Virus record (IMG/VR): IMGVR_UViG_3300021400_001148
Span: 96,001 to 160,000 of that record
Direction: 5' to 3' (one strand)
DNA length: 64,000 nucleotides
Origin: a virus
Taxonomy: Duplodnaviria > Caudoviricetes
Shown here: positions 41,413-52,974 of the stretch, piece by piece
Layout of the letters: each line of letters opens with the position of its first letter
How positions within the stretch are numbered: the first letter of the stretch is position 1
Notes under the pieces: generated by a model
Databases searched by the model: none
Told to the model about the DNA's origin: nothing
The model's input: only the letters and a program-made list of their open reading frames with translations
Translations under genes and position numbers: made by a program

Positions 41413-41865
41413 CTAAATGTACCTCACAAAATGGGTTGTCGGATACGGGGCATAGTTTCCGTCCTCAGAAATTTCGGCCGCGAGTTCCTCTGCGGTCAGC
41501 GACCAGCCGTTGGCCTCGGCAAGCTGTTTGAACTCTTCATCGGACAGGTCGTTGTTGGTCTTGTCCTCGGGGATGAAGTCCGCATCCAGAACATAGAACC
41601 GCTTTTCGGGTTTTTCGGGGGTGGAGTCTTTACCCAGATTCATGTAAACATTTGTATCATAGACATCGCAAGCGAGACCGAAGGCGGGACAAGAGGTGAA
41701 ATAAGAAGAACCCCCTTCGGCAAGGGCATAGGTGGCTCCGGGGTAGTTCGCCATAAACTTGTCCACCATTTTTATCTCGTCATCCTCGAGACCAGTGGTG
41801 TCTCCGTTCATCAGATAGCATAAAGCCCAAGCAGGGATTTTTTCTGTAGCAACTTTCTTCAGCAT
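41413..41865 (-). CDS. Hypothetical protein (DUF6926-like N-terminus)
   Basis: IPAWALCYLMNGDTTGLEDDEI...YFTSCPAFG. Confidence 0.65.
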   Translation of the reverse strand: MLKKVATEKIPAWALCYLMNGDTTGLEDDEIKMVDKFMANYPGATYALAEGGSSYFTSCPAFGLACDVYDTNVYMNLGKDSTPEKPEKRFYVLDADFIPEDKTNNDLSDEEFKQLAEANGWSLTAEELAAEISEDGNYAPYPTTHFVRYI

Positions 41866-42115
41866 AGTCTTTATCTTTTTCTCAAAACAAATATAATGAA
41901 AAGATTTCTGCCTGTTGGTGATTAAGCGCAGTACCGGCAGCCACCCTTGCGCCTAAAAGAAAACCCCCGGGGCGGTCGCAACACTCGCTCCGAGGTACAT
42001 ACAACCTCCGCCGTTTTCGTGGTGGTTAGGGAACATTTTGCGAATTTCCTTAATCCAGCCCAGCATCTTAGATTGTTTTCGCGGACTTATGCAATCATCC
42101 GTTTTTATTTCTTCC

Positions 42116-42558
42116 TCAATCTTCCTCGTAATTTTCTATGGTTTTGTATTTAGGCTTTTTGTAAGCCTTCTCGCTTTGGTGGATTTTCTTTCCGCCTGCG
42201 GTGGTTATCTGCTTGCCGTGGAGTTCTATTTCAAGGTCTCTTGACGCTTTCTTCATCGCCTTGAGATAATCTTTTTCAGTTATTCTGCCTTTTGGTTTCA
42301 TCAGTCGCAATAAAATAAAATTGTTTCATTGTCCACCTGTCCGAGAAAATCTTCCTGCTGTTCTTCCGTCCAATTGTGGTCAGTCATCCACTCGTCCATC
42401 TGCTCATCGATTTCATCGGCAAGGGACGGGTCGGCCATTGAAAGCGGGCAGCGCATCCTGTCCATTACATTGAGAGCGTGCTGAACCCGCGGCTCATACT
42501 CTTCTATGTTTTTGTGGCAAAGTGCCTCGATTTCTTTTACGATTGTTTTTGTATCCAT
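42116..42558 (-). CDS. Unit of two small ORFs (42301-42558; basic protein 42116-42301)
   Basis: Coupled TGATG junction. Confidence 0.6.
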
Positions 42559-42660
42559 GTCATTTCCTTTTGACATTACAAATATAGCGAAAAACTCTGA
42601 ATTTTCGGCTGGTCAGGCGCAAAACCGGCAGCCAGCCTTGCGCCAAAAAAAAAGAGGAGA

Positions 42661-43209
42661 TTACTCCCCTCTTGCCTTTACCATATTTTCTTCATGCCGT
42701 CGCTCGTCCTGCAGGTCATTCACAAAATCCTTGCGTTCCGCCTTGTTGCGTTTTTCATTGGCTTTGAGGACAGCGTTTCGGTTGCCTGCGATACGAATCC
42801 AACAGTAAATTGTGCCGCGTTTCTCGACCTCGTAGGTAATTACATTGGTATTGTCCGCCCGAAGCTCAGCCGTTCCGCTTGTAAATGTCCAATTGGTAAA
42901 GTCCTTTGTGTATTCATCTTCACCGCTGGCACGCGAGGTACGACTTTCCGCGTAGGTCTCCGTCTTGGCCGTGATTCTTTTCACAAACTCACCGCGGAGG
43001 TCATTTTCGAGTTCGGCCTGTTTGCTCCTGCGGACGATGTCGGAAGCACCCACGGGGTAAGTTGTGTAACCCTCAACAAAGACAACATTCTTGTCCTTGA
43101 CTTCCTCGAAAGGAGAACCGATTTTGTTGGGCTGGAGAGAGAAATCCTTGATGGTTCCGCAAGACACCGCAAGCAGAACAAAAACCATGATTGTAAATAA
43201 CTTCTTCAT
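42661..43209 (-). CDS. Lipoprotein
   Basis: MKKLFTIMVFVLLAVSC lipobox. Confidence 0.75.
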   Translation of the reverse strand: MKKLFTIMVFVLLAVSCGTIKDFSLQPNKIGSPFEEVKDKNVVFVEGYTTYPVGASDIVRRSKQAELENDLRGEFVKRITAKTETYAESRTSRASGEDEYTKDFTNWTFTSGTAELRADNTNVITYEVEKRGTIYCWIRIAGNRNAVLKANEKRNKAERKDFVNDLQDERRHEENMVKARGE

Positions 43210-43310
43210 ATTCGTTCCTTTTTCTATTACAAATATAGTGATAATTTTTGATAGTCTTGGGGTTTCGGCGCAAAGTCGGCAGCCACCCTTGCGCCCAAAA
43301 AAGAAAACCT

Positions 43311-44942
43311 CTATCCGATGGACTTGAGGTATTCCTTTATTTTCCAGAGCATTTCTGCAGGGGTTTCCACTTTCTTGCGGTGCATCACCCACGAAGTTCG
43401 CTCGTTTGTGGTGTTCATCATGGTCTCGTTGCAGAGAATATAAATCCGTTCATAACCCCCCACCCCCACAAAGGTTGCGATACCAACGGGATTTTCCCCA
43501 CAATATTCAGACTTTACAAAGCCGAGGTTTGTCAACTCTTTTTCGAGTTCAGCCTGCTCCGAGGTGTTTTTGAAACGATAGTACATATTACCTGCTCCAA
43601 ATTGGTTGTTTGAAAATATTGTCCTCGCGTGAAATGTTCCACGCCTTTTCTACCTGCTCCCAAGTAAGACCGAAAAGTTCAAGGTCTTCTTCGGGGTTGA
43701 ACTGGTATTCGTCCCAATAGGTCTCCGGGGACTGCCAATCGACCATGTTGAAAACAAACTCCGCAACCTTTTCAAATCCTTCTCCACCCACGAGGTTGAG
43801 GAGGTCTTCGTAAGTCCAGCCGTTATTTTTGAAAACTTCTTCTCTCGATTCCTCATATTCTTCCCTTGTCAGTTCGTTGAAGATAAACTTTTCCTTGAGG
43901 TCTGCAAGGTCGTCTTCAATCTGCTCAAGGCCGAACTCCGAGATATAGCAAATACCTTTCTTTTCACCAAAAGCTTTCTTGTCTTTGTAGCAAACGCCAT
44001 TGAAAGTGCTTTCCCCAGTGTAGGAGAGGACTTTTCCATTTTCCTCTTCGTGGCGATAACCGATTGTTGCGAAAACTATTTTCATCTTTTTCCCTTTCGT
44101 TACTACAAAGATAATAAAATAAAATCATATTCGTTTGGGTACAGCGCAATGCCGGCAGCCGCCTTCGCGCCAAAAGAAAAGGGGCGGCACCCCAGCGGCC
44201 ACCCCATTGAAACCGTACTCACTTGAGTACTATATGCCGAGCAACTGCCCCATCAGCATAAGTCCTTCAACGGCCTTGACATCCTCCTCGCTGTTCATCA
44301 CGATGTTGGAGTTTGCCAGCATCTCCTTCTGACGCGGGCTGCAGGCGTCATGGATTTTCTTGAAATTCTGGAACATGGCTTCAGCCTTTTCACTTTCAGC
44401 CTTTGCCTTGCGGTCAATCAGCTGGGCGTAAACCTCACCCTGAAGGTCTTTGGGAAGTTTGGCGATGGCTTTCTTGAGAGCAGATTCGTAGTCGAATCTC
44501 TGCCAGTCGCGACCGCACCATGACACCTTGCTGTCACTCATGTTGTGGGTAATACAGCGGACTGTCTCACAGTAACCCATACGGGTGTCGGTAGACCAAG
44601 CTTTGAAAATAACGAGTTCACCGTTGACATTAGCCTCGAAACGGCTCTGATTGTATACTTTTGCCATAGTCGTAAGAATTAGCGGTTTAACATATCTTTG
44701 AGTTCCTTGAGTCCGTTGACAATCTCAACTTCAGCGGTGTAAACACCCTTGACTGAATCCCACACGCGTCTTGTAACCTCAACCTTTTCGATTACCCCAT
44801 CCCCGTTGATTCGCAGGGAAATGATTGGCCTGTTACCTTTTGACCAGTCTTCGAGGTGAGCCAACCCCATCCCAGGCACTTCGTTGGTCTTCCTATAGCC
44901 AGCTGCCTTGAGGTTCCTTTTTGCACTTTCGTAGTTAATCAT
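43311..44942 (-). CDS. Four hypothetical ORFs in two units (44679-44942, 44230-44667, 43588-44085, 43311-43586)
   Basis: Behind promoters 44963 and 44106. Confidence 0.65.
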
Positions 44943-45034
44943 ATCTTTTCCTTTTGACATTACAAATATACCACAATTTTATTATAAATTTGTGGCATAG
45001 GCGCAACCACGGCAGCCTTCCTTGCGCCCAAAAG

Positions 45035-45335
45035 AAAAAGCCCCGTGGCTGGGGCAAGTTCAACAAATCTAAAAAATCGAGTAATAAAATAAATAATATA
45101 TCTTGTTCCTCTTGGCGGTTGGGTGGTTCAGTAGTGGTTTGCCAGACCTTCTACTTATCGAGGGTTTTCAATTGACCTCGCACCCTTTGTTCCTCCCTTT
45201 GGGAGAATGCCGACAGCCTCCTAACTTTCCCCTTTTTGCCATTTAGGTCTTCTTGGCGGTGGTGGCCACTCACTGGGGTAATGCTTACTCTTGGTTTGTC
45301 GTAGTGCTTAGAGTTTCGTACCTAACTTCGTTTGT
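45035..45335 (-). ncRNA. Candidate ~300-nt noncoding RNA
   Basis: Promoter 45340-45347 and terminator GCCCC-AGCCAC-GGGGC-TTTTT with no credible ORF between. Confidence 0.5.
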
Positions 45336-45401
45336 ATTACAAATATACTACATTTTGTTTTTGTTTTGTCAGTTCCGGCGCAACGCACGCCCCTCCCACT
45401 T

Positions 45402-47120
45402 TTATACACTAATTTTAATCATGTCGGGAAGTCCGTTGGCAGAGTAGCCCCACCACTGCCTGCTGACCTTGAACCCCTCGGAGGTAAGGAATTTGATAAG
45501 GGCGGGGAACTTTTTGTTATCAAAAATTCCTACCTTGCAACCCTCGGCAGACGATGTACCACAAAGGGAATCAATGCAGACATATCCAATCCTCTTGATG
45601 CCTGCGGCTATCGTGGAAAGAATCTCATCTTTCCTCGGCATAATCTCGTTGTCAATAATCTGCTGGTCAGTGTTGGCCATTTCGGCTTTGAGTGTTTCTG
45701 CGTAGTTCATATCTTTGTCCTTTTGTTTACATAACAAAGATAGTGAAATTATTTGAAAACATACCAACCAAGGCGCAACCGCGGCAGCCGCTTTTGCGCC
45801 AAAAAGAAAAGGGGGCACCGGTCACACCAACATAGTTGGGTTTACAGCCGAATTTAAGCCCCTTGTTTCTATATGTCGCAGAACCTGTTTACAAGCCTTA
45901 TACTGCCGTTTGCAAGTTTCTCATTGAAAAACCTTTCGGACATACTCCAAAAATCGGAAATGCTCAGTTCCTCTGGGTTTTTGACCTTGCAGAAAGTGTA
46001 ATATGTCGCACCATATATCTGCCTCGTTTCCTTTGTGCGGAAGTAAAGTTCTTCTTTACCCGAATAAGGAAATTTGTAAGCGATTATCTGACCAATTTCT
46101 ACCATAGTTGTTCTCGTTTGTTTCTATACAAATGTAACGAAAACATTTGAAAGCCTTTCAGCTTCGGCGCAGCAGAGGTCAAACCTCTTCTTCAAGGTAC
46201 TTGACAAGCTCCTTCTCGTTATCGGTGGTAAACATATACTGCCCAGCAAACCCCGACCAAAAAAGATGCACCTGCCATATGGTGGCGAAAACATAATTGT
46301 AGCCACGCCTATCAAAAAGCACATAATAGGCAGTATCGTTGATAAGCACAGGCTGAACGGTTTCGTCCGACCTATCACAGTATTCAACATCAAGCCATTT
46401 GATTCTATTTTTCATATCCGTCTAATAATAACCGTTTGCAAGGTTTTTAATTTCCTTTTTCATATCCTCATTGTTGGAGATGATTACATCCCTGCGGACG
46501 GGGTCTCGGCTTGGTTCGTCGAAATAATATCCCCTTTGTGTATGCACAGAATTTATCTCAACAAGTTCCCCGCCGCCCAAAAGAGGGCTGGTTTTTACTG
46601 AATACCCCCTTTCAAGAAGTTTCTGAAATGTTTCATTGTCTATGAACTTACTCATAACCTTTTCTTTTTGTATTACAAATGTAATGATTTAGAATGTAAA
46701 TCTCGGGAGTGAGGCGCAAAGGCGGCTGCCAGCCTTGCGCTTAAAGGAAAACCCCGGGGTTGCTCATGTCCCGGGGATTGTTAGAGGATTTGCTGAAGAT
46801 AACCCCACTCTTGGGAACCTTGTCGGTTTATTCAAATCCTACCAAATTGTCAGGAATGCGTAATCGTTGTCCTTGTCAGCCTCTTCGAGAATAAGGCTGG
46901 CGGTTGTACCCCAAACCTCGTCTTTTTCCATTTTTCTTAATGTGGAGAAAGGAATTTCAACCTCGGTTTCTTCTTCATTGATAAAGATACCGTCATCTAT
47001 TTCAGTGCCCATTTTTGAACGGAGGAACTGAAGGAATTTCTCTACCTCGTCCCAGCCATTGATGGCGTTTCGGCCGTATTCTACTTTGTAGATTTTTGCT
47101 GTGTGTAATGATAATGCCAT
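45402..47120 (-). CDS. Five hypothetical ORFs (46839-47120, 46422-46655, 46179-46415, 45869-46105, 45402-45710)
   Basis: Each first ORF starts about 20-25 bp after a TAnnTTTG box. Confidence 0.65.
45811..45862 (-). ncRNA. Candidate structured RNA motif Y / terminator
   Basis: GGGGC...GCCCC closing stem, inner CCAAC-TAT-GTTGG; identical copy at 53018-53069. Confidence 0.5.
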
Positions 47121-47418
47121 AGTGTTGTGTTTTTCTTACAGTACAAAGATAGTAAGATAAAGTCGTACTCATCCGAGTACGGCGCAGTGCCGGCAGCCGC
47201 CTTTGCGCTTAAAAAGAAAAGGGGATTTCTCCCCTCTCTCAAATCTCTCAAAAGTTATTCCCCAATGTAGACAACACTTGCACCGAGTGTCGGCATATTA
47301 CTGTTGAGGTATTTTTGTGCTTCTTCTGGTGTCTTGAACCGCACAGGCTTATGAAATCCGTTAAGTGTTCCAAACGTCGGGCCCCAACCGCCCTCGACGA
47401 GCACCAAGCCGTCCATTC

Positions 47419-48223
47419 CTATTCCGTACATACGCGTTTCGTCATTTGTTGTACTCTGAGCAAATTTGATTTGCGTGTTCCGTTCATATATTCCAAGAGA
47501 GTGGCAAGGTCTTCAGTCTCAAAGAAATGCTCTGAAGCAAGGACAGTCTGCTCATCACCATACGCGGACTTTACCGTTATTTTGAGAAAACCAAGGTTGT
47601 CTTGAAACACCTCAAAAACATCGGGATAAGCCCCAGTTTCATCGGGGTATGATACAGCCACATCACAGTAGACTTTCTCTTCCTCCTCCACTTCATCCCA
47701 TCTGCGGAAAATAAATTTGGTTCTATTTTCAGTGAGGGCAATCATTTCAGCAAGTATGCCTTTGCGAATTTCTTTGAGAACAGTTGTGTAATTCATATTC
47801 GTTTCCTTTTTACAATACAAATATAATGAAAAACTTTCCGTTGCTGGTGAATTTGGCGCAAAGCCGGCAGCCAGCCTTGCGCCTAAAAAGAAAAGGGGAT
47901 TTCTCCCCCTTTCGTTAGTCGATGTAGCCGAATGTGCCGTCCGCAAGGCCTTTCCTGCGTTCCTTTGCGTTGTAACCGCACCACCGCCCGACATGGCCCG
48001 AAGTGGTGTGGGAGCAGTCATGCTCACAGCCGAAATAGTAGCGACCTTCGCTCCTGATATACACACCCACGATGGTTTCGTAGGACTGAAAAACCTCTCC
48101 GTTTTCATAGTAGATTATGAACTGATTGGGGGCTTTGCCATAGCCGTTTCTGGAGGGGCCGTTGGTTATCTTCCTGAGGGTGCCGAGTTTGGCAGAGAGC
48201 TGGGACATTGTCATTTTTTCCAT
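47419..48223 (-). CDS. Two hypothetical ORFs in separate units (47915-48223, 47419-47796)
   Basis: Starts set by promoters 48249 and 47818. Confidence 0.65.
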
Positions 48224-48356
48224 ATCTTCTTGTTTTCTGATTACATTACAAAGATACAACATTTTCTTTAGTGTGCTGTAGGTTGGGCGCAACGGGGGCA
48301 GCCGCCTTTGCGCCTAAAAAGAAACGGAATGGTGTCCCACTCCGTTTCCACATATA

Positions 48357-48422
48357 GCCGTCTTCGAGCGGTTTTACCTCTACCTCATTACCCCAAAAGG
48401 TAAGCCCGGTGTTAGATTCGGC
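48357..48422 (-). ncRNA. Candidate structured RNA motif X, copy 1
   Basis: Three-way junction with compensatory changes relative to 50294-50360. Confidence 0.6.
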
Positions 48423-48526
48423 ATTTATGTTTGCAACGAATTGCCCTCGTTGCCAGAGCCCAACCTCGTTTCCCTCCCTCGGTCGGCATTGGGCGCGGTC
48501 AGCTACTCCGCCTTCAGTTCTCTTTT

Positions 48527-48688
48527 TTACAAATGTGGCAAAATCTTTTCATCAAAGATAAGGCAGTTGAATACCCCGATGATTGAGAGGATAAGGTATC
48601 CCATATCACTTCGCCATTTCAGTGCTACGAATACAATCGGCAGGATTATCACCGCATACCCCAATATTCTTTTTGCTTTTGTGCTCAT
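48527..48688 (-). CDS. Small membrane protein (53 aa)
   Basis: MSTKAKRILGYAVIILPIVFVAL...; behind promoter 48709. Confidence 0.6.
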   Translation of the reverse strand: MSTKAKRILGYAVIILPIVFVALKWRSDMGYLILSIIGVFNCLIFDEKILPHL

Positions 48689-48807
48689 ATCATTTCCTTT
48701 TGACATTACAAATATAATACAATTATCGCAAATGCTGTCAGTTTCGGCGCAGCATCGGCAGCCGCCTTAGCGCCCAAAGGAAAACCCTCGCTCGGAGGGT
48801 TGCCCAA

Positions 48808-49605
48808 TCAGTAGATTTTTTCCTGATACTTCACTCGCCCCGTAGGGGTTTTGATAGTGATTTCTATGTACTTCCGCTTTTCGCCCTCGCACTCCACTTC
48901 GTAGTATTCGGAGTGTTTGCGTTCAAAGTCATCTATGTAGTTCTCCTCGCCCCTCTTGACTGAGATAGTGTCCTTGCTACCCCTTGCCTTGCGGAGTTCT
49001 TCAAGTATCCTTGCACACTTGTTCGGCTTGTTGTCAAGGAAACACCTCTCGCCATACTCGTCCCAAAGCCTTCCCCTCTTGCCACCCATAGCCGCGGAGA
49101 AGAGTTCATAGTTTCCGAGCGGCTTGTTGTACCCACCGAAGTTGGGGCCAGCCAGCGCGTACTTGTTGAGGTAGTTCTGCAAGGCCTTGTACTCCTTGCA
49201 AGGGGCATCTGCAAGGCAGACCTTTGCGATGTACTTCAACTTGTAGGTACACCAATAGGAAACCCCATTGTTGTACTCTATGGTATCTTCGACCACAGAC
49301 AGACCGCTCCACCCCTTTGTTTTCTTCAGCTGGTCAAACATCTTGCCGAGTTCGCAGAACACTTCGGAAATATCGGTGCGAGTTTTTACACTGCCCATTT
49401 CCTTGTTGTTCATCTTGATGGTGTAGGAATCGGTGTACCTCTTCCCATCTTTGTCCCACTTATCATTATCCCACACTGCGAAGTCCACCATTTGGCTCTT
49501 CCTGCTCCAAGAACCGAGAGGGAGACCTTTGTTAGACTTGCGTGTGCTTGCAAGGGCGGTCTTTGCCGCCTTGAAAATCTTTTCTGCCAATGTCTTGTTG
49601 TCCAT
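48808..49605 (-). CDS. Basic hypothetical protein
   Basis: Single-gene unit, 265 aa. Confidence 0.7.
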   Translation of the reverse strand: MDNKTLAEKIFKAAKTALASTRKSNKGLPLGSWSRKSQMVDFAVWDNDKWDKDGKRYTDSYTIKMNNKEMGSVKTRTDISEVFCELGKMFDQLKKTKGWSGLSVVEDTIEYNNGVSYWCTYKLKYIAKVCLADAPCKEYKALQNYLNKYALAGPNFGGYNKPLGNYELFSAAMGGKRGRLWDEYGERCFLDNKPNKCARILEELRKARGSKDTISVKRGEENYIDDFERKHSEYYEVECEGEKRKYIEITIKTPTGRVKYQEKIY

Positions 49606-49727
49606 ACCTTTGTGCTTTTGTTTACATTACAAAGATACACATTTCTCCGCAAGGCCGGTGTCCGGTGGCGCGGACGGGGCAGCCATCATCGCGCCGAGAA
49701 GAAAACCCTCACTTGGAGGGTTCGCTT

Positions 49728-51927
49728 TTACTGCTCAGCCTGAGCCTTTTCGTACTCCTTTGCAAGGTCAAGGAGGAAACTGAACACATCAGCCGCGTTC
49801 TCCCAACCTCCGTCAAGGACATCACACCACGCGCCATCACAAAGCCACTTCGGAGATTTTTTGTCTTCGGGGTCATAGTTCGGATTCTTGTAATAAACAA
49901 AACTCTCGAACCAATTGTTATTGTCCACATACACGCGTTCATCGTTCCATGCCTTTCCATTGTGGAAAAGTTCCACAAGTTCTTCGGGAAACTGTGAGGA
50001 CGCTCTATAGGATTCGTCATTGAAAACCACACGGACATCTCCTGCAACCCTGATAGAAACATAAAGACCGTCAGTTTCAAGGCTGGCAACTTCCTGACCG
50101 CTGTCGAGTTCCATTGAATCGTTTACACCGAGAAGAAAATCGGCTACTGAAAAATCGTATTTCATATCTTTGTTTCTTGGTTTATACAAATATAGTAATA
50201 AAATCCCAGACCTACTCCACCAAGGCGCAGCATCGGCAGCCGACCTTGCGCCAAAAAAGAAACGGAATGGCGTCCCACTCCGTTTCAGAAAAAGTCGGCT
50301 TCGAGCGGTTTTATCTCTACCTCATTACCCCAAAGGGCAAGCCCGGTGTCAAGCTTCGACTATATTTCAAACATATCCCTGACCATACTCTCAAGGTCTT
50401 TCGCTGTTTTAACACCCCTCCGCCTGAACTCCTCATTCAACTGCCTTGTGGTTACATACTTTGAGCAAGCGTAATATTCAGACGGATAGGATACTTCAAT
50501 CACCCTGAAAGTGCCTGTCTTCCAATCGTAGTCACATTCCCCCTCCCATGTGGCGTCTCCCGTACAGAAAGGATATGCACTGGAGCGTAAAGCAACTACC
50601 TCTGCGTGTGCTTTGAAACCCAATTTCTTTGCAGTATCGTTGATGAACTTTGCGAAAACTTTGCTAACTTGTACTTTCATAGTGTGTTCCCTTGTTTGCA
50701 TTACAAATATAGCCAATTTCTTTGAAAGGGCGGTCTTGTCTGGCGCAGCGGGGGCAGCCTGCCTTGCGCCTGAAAGAAAACCCCGAGAGCAATGCCCCCG
50801 GGGGAAACCAAAAAACATCAGTCGATATACCCGAGAAATCTCGTTTCATACACTCCCCAGCCATCGGCTATATACCAATCATGGGCTTTCTGCTCAGCCT
50901 CTTCCTCCGAGGAGGCCACGATGATTTCTTTTCTCGTTCTGCTTTCGTGATAGGGAAGCCCGAGGACAAAAAGTGTCGCTTCGTACTTTCCCGCCTTTGT
51001 CTCTGGCTCATAGGTAAGGCCGAGAAAATGCTTTGCAATTTCAAAGGTGTCTGCGTAGGGGTTTTCCTCAATGAATTTCCCCAGTTCTTTTTCAATAAAT
51101 CCGTCTCTTGACATAGTGTATTGTGTTTTGGTGTTTGCCTATTTGAAAATCGCCCAAAAATCAAGTTTGCAGACCAGCTCATCAACCTTGTTGCCCACCC
51201 TTTGGGCGAGTTCCCAAGCACCCTCATCAACCACTCCGTTTTCATCCTCGAAAACCTCTCCATCCGCACACCAATCAACGAACCTTTCAGTTCCCTGCTC
51301 CAACTCAATGTCATTGTAGAGCATATTGGTAATCTGATTTGCGACTTTCTTGATTTGTTCCTTTGTGTAATGCTTAACCATAGTGTTTGTTCTTTTACAT
51401 AACAAAGATAAGAAAAATCTCTTCCAGACCAGCGGACAAGGCGCAGCATCGGCAGCCGACCTTGCGCCACAAAAAAAAACGGAGGGTATCTCACGACAGC
51501 CCCCGTTACCCCTTATCTAACCCTATCTAAAATCTTATTCTTCTTCGTGTTCGTGCATACGGACTTCTTCCTTGCCGAAAAAAGCCTGCTCGAAAGTGGT
51601 TTTGAGGTTCCGCCTTTCCCACTTGTCCTTGATGTTGTAGGTGTGGATTACAAGCGGCTCGCCTTTGAGGATACAGACCATAAAGTCAATTCCGAGGGTT
51701 TTTCTACCATATTCAACGGATTCAGCCATACCACAGGGCTTTCCCTGCTCTGCAAGGCACTCCGTAAACCTTTCAAGGAGGTCGGCGCCAGTTTTTCTTA
51801 CAGTGAGGTAGACATTCTCCCCCTTTTCATACTTTTCGTATGCCTTCGGGAAGTCGATGAAGAGGTCGCCACTGCAAGAGTGGATATAATTCGCACAAAT
51901 GTGGAATATGTTGCAGATGTATTTCAT
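49728..51927 (-). CDS. Five hypothetical ORFs (51535-51927, 51139-51381, 50818-51114, 50360-50680, 49728-50165)
   Basis: Starts set by the unit promoters. Confidence 0.65.
50294..50360 (-). ncRNA. Candidate structured RNA motif X, copy 2
   Basis: See copy 1; followed by the same AAACGGA terminator. Confidence 0.6.
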
Positions 51928-52080
51928 ATACCTTTCTTTTACATTACAAATATAAACAAATTTCTTCGTTGTTTGCTGTCTTTGGCGCAGCGTGGGCAGC
52001 CACCATTGCGCCCACAAGTGTTTCCCACCCGCCATCTTCTCTGATTTACCCAATGATAGCAGGTGGGATTTTTTTTTATT

Positions 52081-52476
52081 CTATATCAAATTTTCAAGAT
52101 TTTCAAGATAGTACTTTATCGCTGCTTCGCAGGCTTCTTCATATTCCAAGGATTCACACTGATGGTAATCATCTTCGCAAGGTTTAGATGTCATTGGCTT
52201 AACATATGCATACCATAAGTGCTCCCATTCTGTATCAATGGCAATGTTATGCACTTCCCTCAACCACTTCATTGCCATTTGAAGAGTAGGTGCAGTACAT
52301 TCAAAATAGTTTTTTGTTATATCATTGTAATTAGAATTACGAATACTATCATATCTATTTAACTTACACAAGTCACCATAAGGCATATAAACCATTGATG
52401 TGCTCCAATCAAACCCCTTTTCCTTCAGGAGTTTTGCCGTTTCAAAACTAATATAGTCTTCATTATTAAGCACCAT
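52081..52476 (-). CDS. Hypothetical protein, paralogue family B
   Basis: EDYISFETAKLLKEKGFD...PTLQMAMKWLREVH. Confidence 0.8.
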   Translation of the reverse strand: MVLNNEDYISFETAKLLKEKGFDWSTSMVYMPYGDLCKLNRYDSIRNSNYNDITKNYFECTAPTLQMAMKWLREVHNIAIDTEWEHLWYAYVKPMTSKPCEDDYHQCESLEYEEACEAAIKYYLENLENLI

Positions 52477-52478
52477 AT

Positions 52479-52916
52479 TTATTCCTCCTTTTTTCTATTA
52501 AAATGAGTTGCTCCCCATTCAGCGAAGTAACGGGCGATATACGCATAGTCTTCGGGCTCTATATTGGTAGTATCAGCCACACTCGCATCGTGATATGTTT
52601 GCTCTATGATTTTCTCCAACTCCGCCCTTGCCGCCTCCGCCTCCAGCTGGCTTCCGTAAAGAAATTCTTGAACAGTAGGCCCTATATTACCCCAAGGCTC
52701 TAATTCTTTCCATTCCTTTTCAAGTTGCTCTTTCGGTGTTGTAGCAAGGTGGTGTTTAAGTTCTGCAACCAAATCCACCTCCGGCTGCTCCTGTTGGAGA
52801 GAGGTAGCAAATAAAAGAAGTTCATTAAGCCTTTTGTTAGCAACTCGGCTCTCTTTTAAGTCGATAAGCCTTTTTATCTCGGCTATCAGTTTTTCCGCGT
52901 CAATGTATTTAATCAT
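52479..52916 (-). CDS. Hypothetical protein, paralogue family D
   Basis: KYIDAEKLIAEI...SLQQEQPEVD. Confidence 0.75.
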   Translation of the reverse strand: MIKYIDAEKLIAEIKRLIDLKESRVANKRLNELLLFATSLQQEQPEVDLVAELKHHLATTPKEQLEKEWKELEPWGNIGPTVQEFLYGSQLEAEAARAELEKIIEQTYHDASVADTTNIEPEDYAYIARYFAEWGATHFNRKKEE

Positions 52917-52974
52917 GACTATAATTTTTAATGTTGCACTACAAATATAAGAAAACAATCTCAAACCCTGTCAG

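Larger units (their letters stand above)
23220..47180. promoter_or_regulatory. Dispersed palindrome GTACTC-N4-GAGTAC (9 copies)
   Basis: Copies start at 23220, 25803, 26748, 28995, 34335, 36793, 39875, 44215, 47165. Confidence 0.75.

Noticed and set aside
45835-45850. GGCTGTAAACC as a tRNA-Tyr anticodon arm
   Set aside because: No D arm, T arm or acceptor stem around it.
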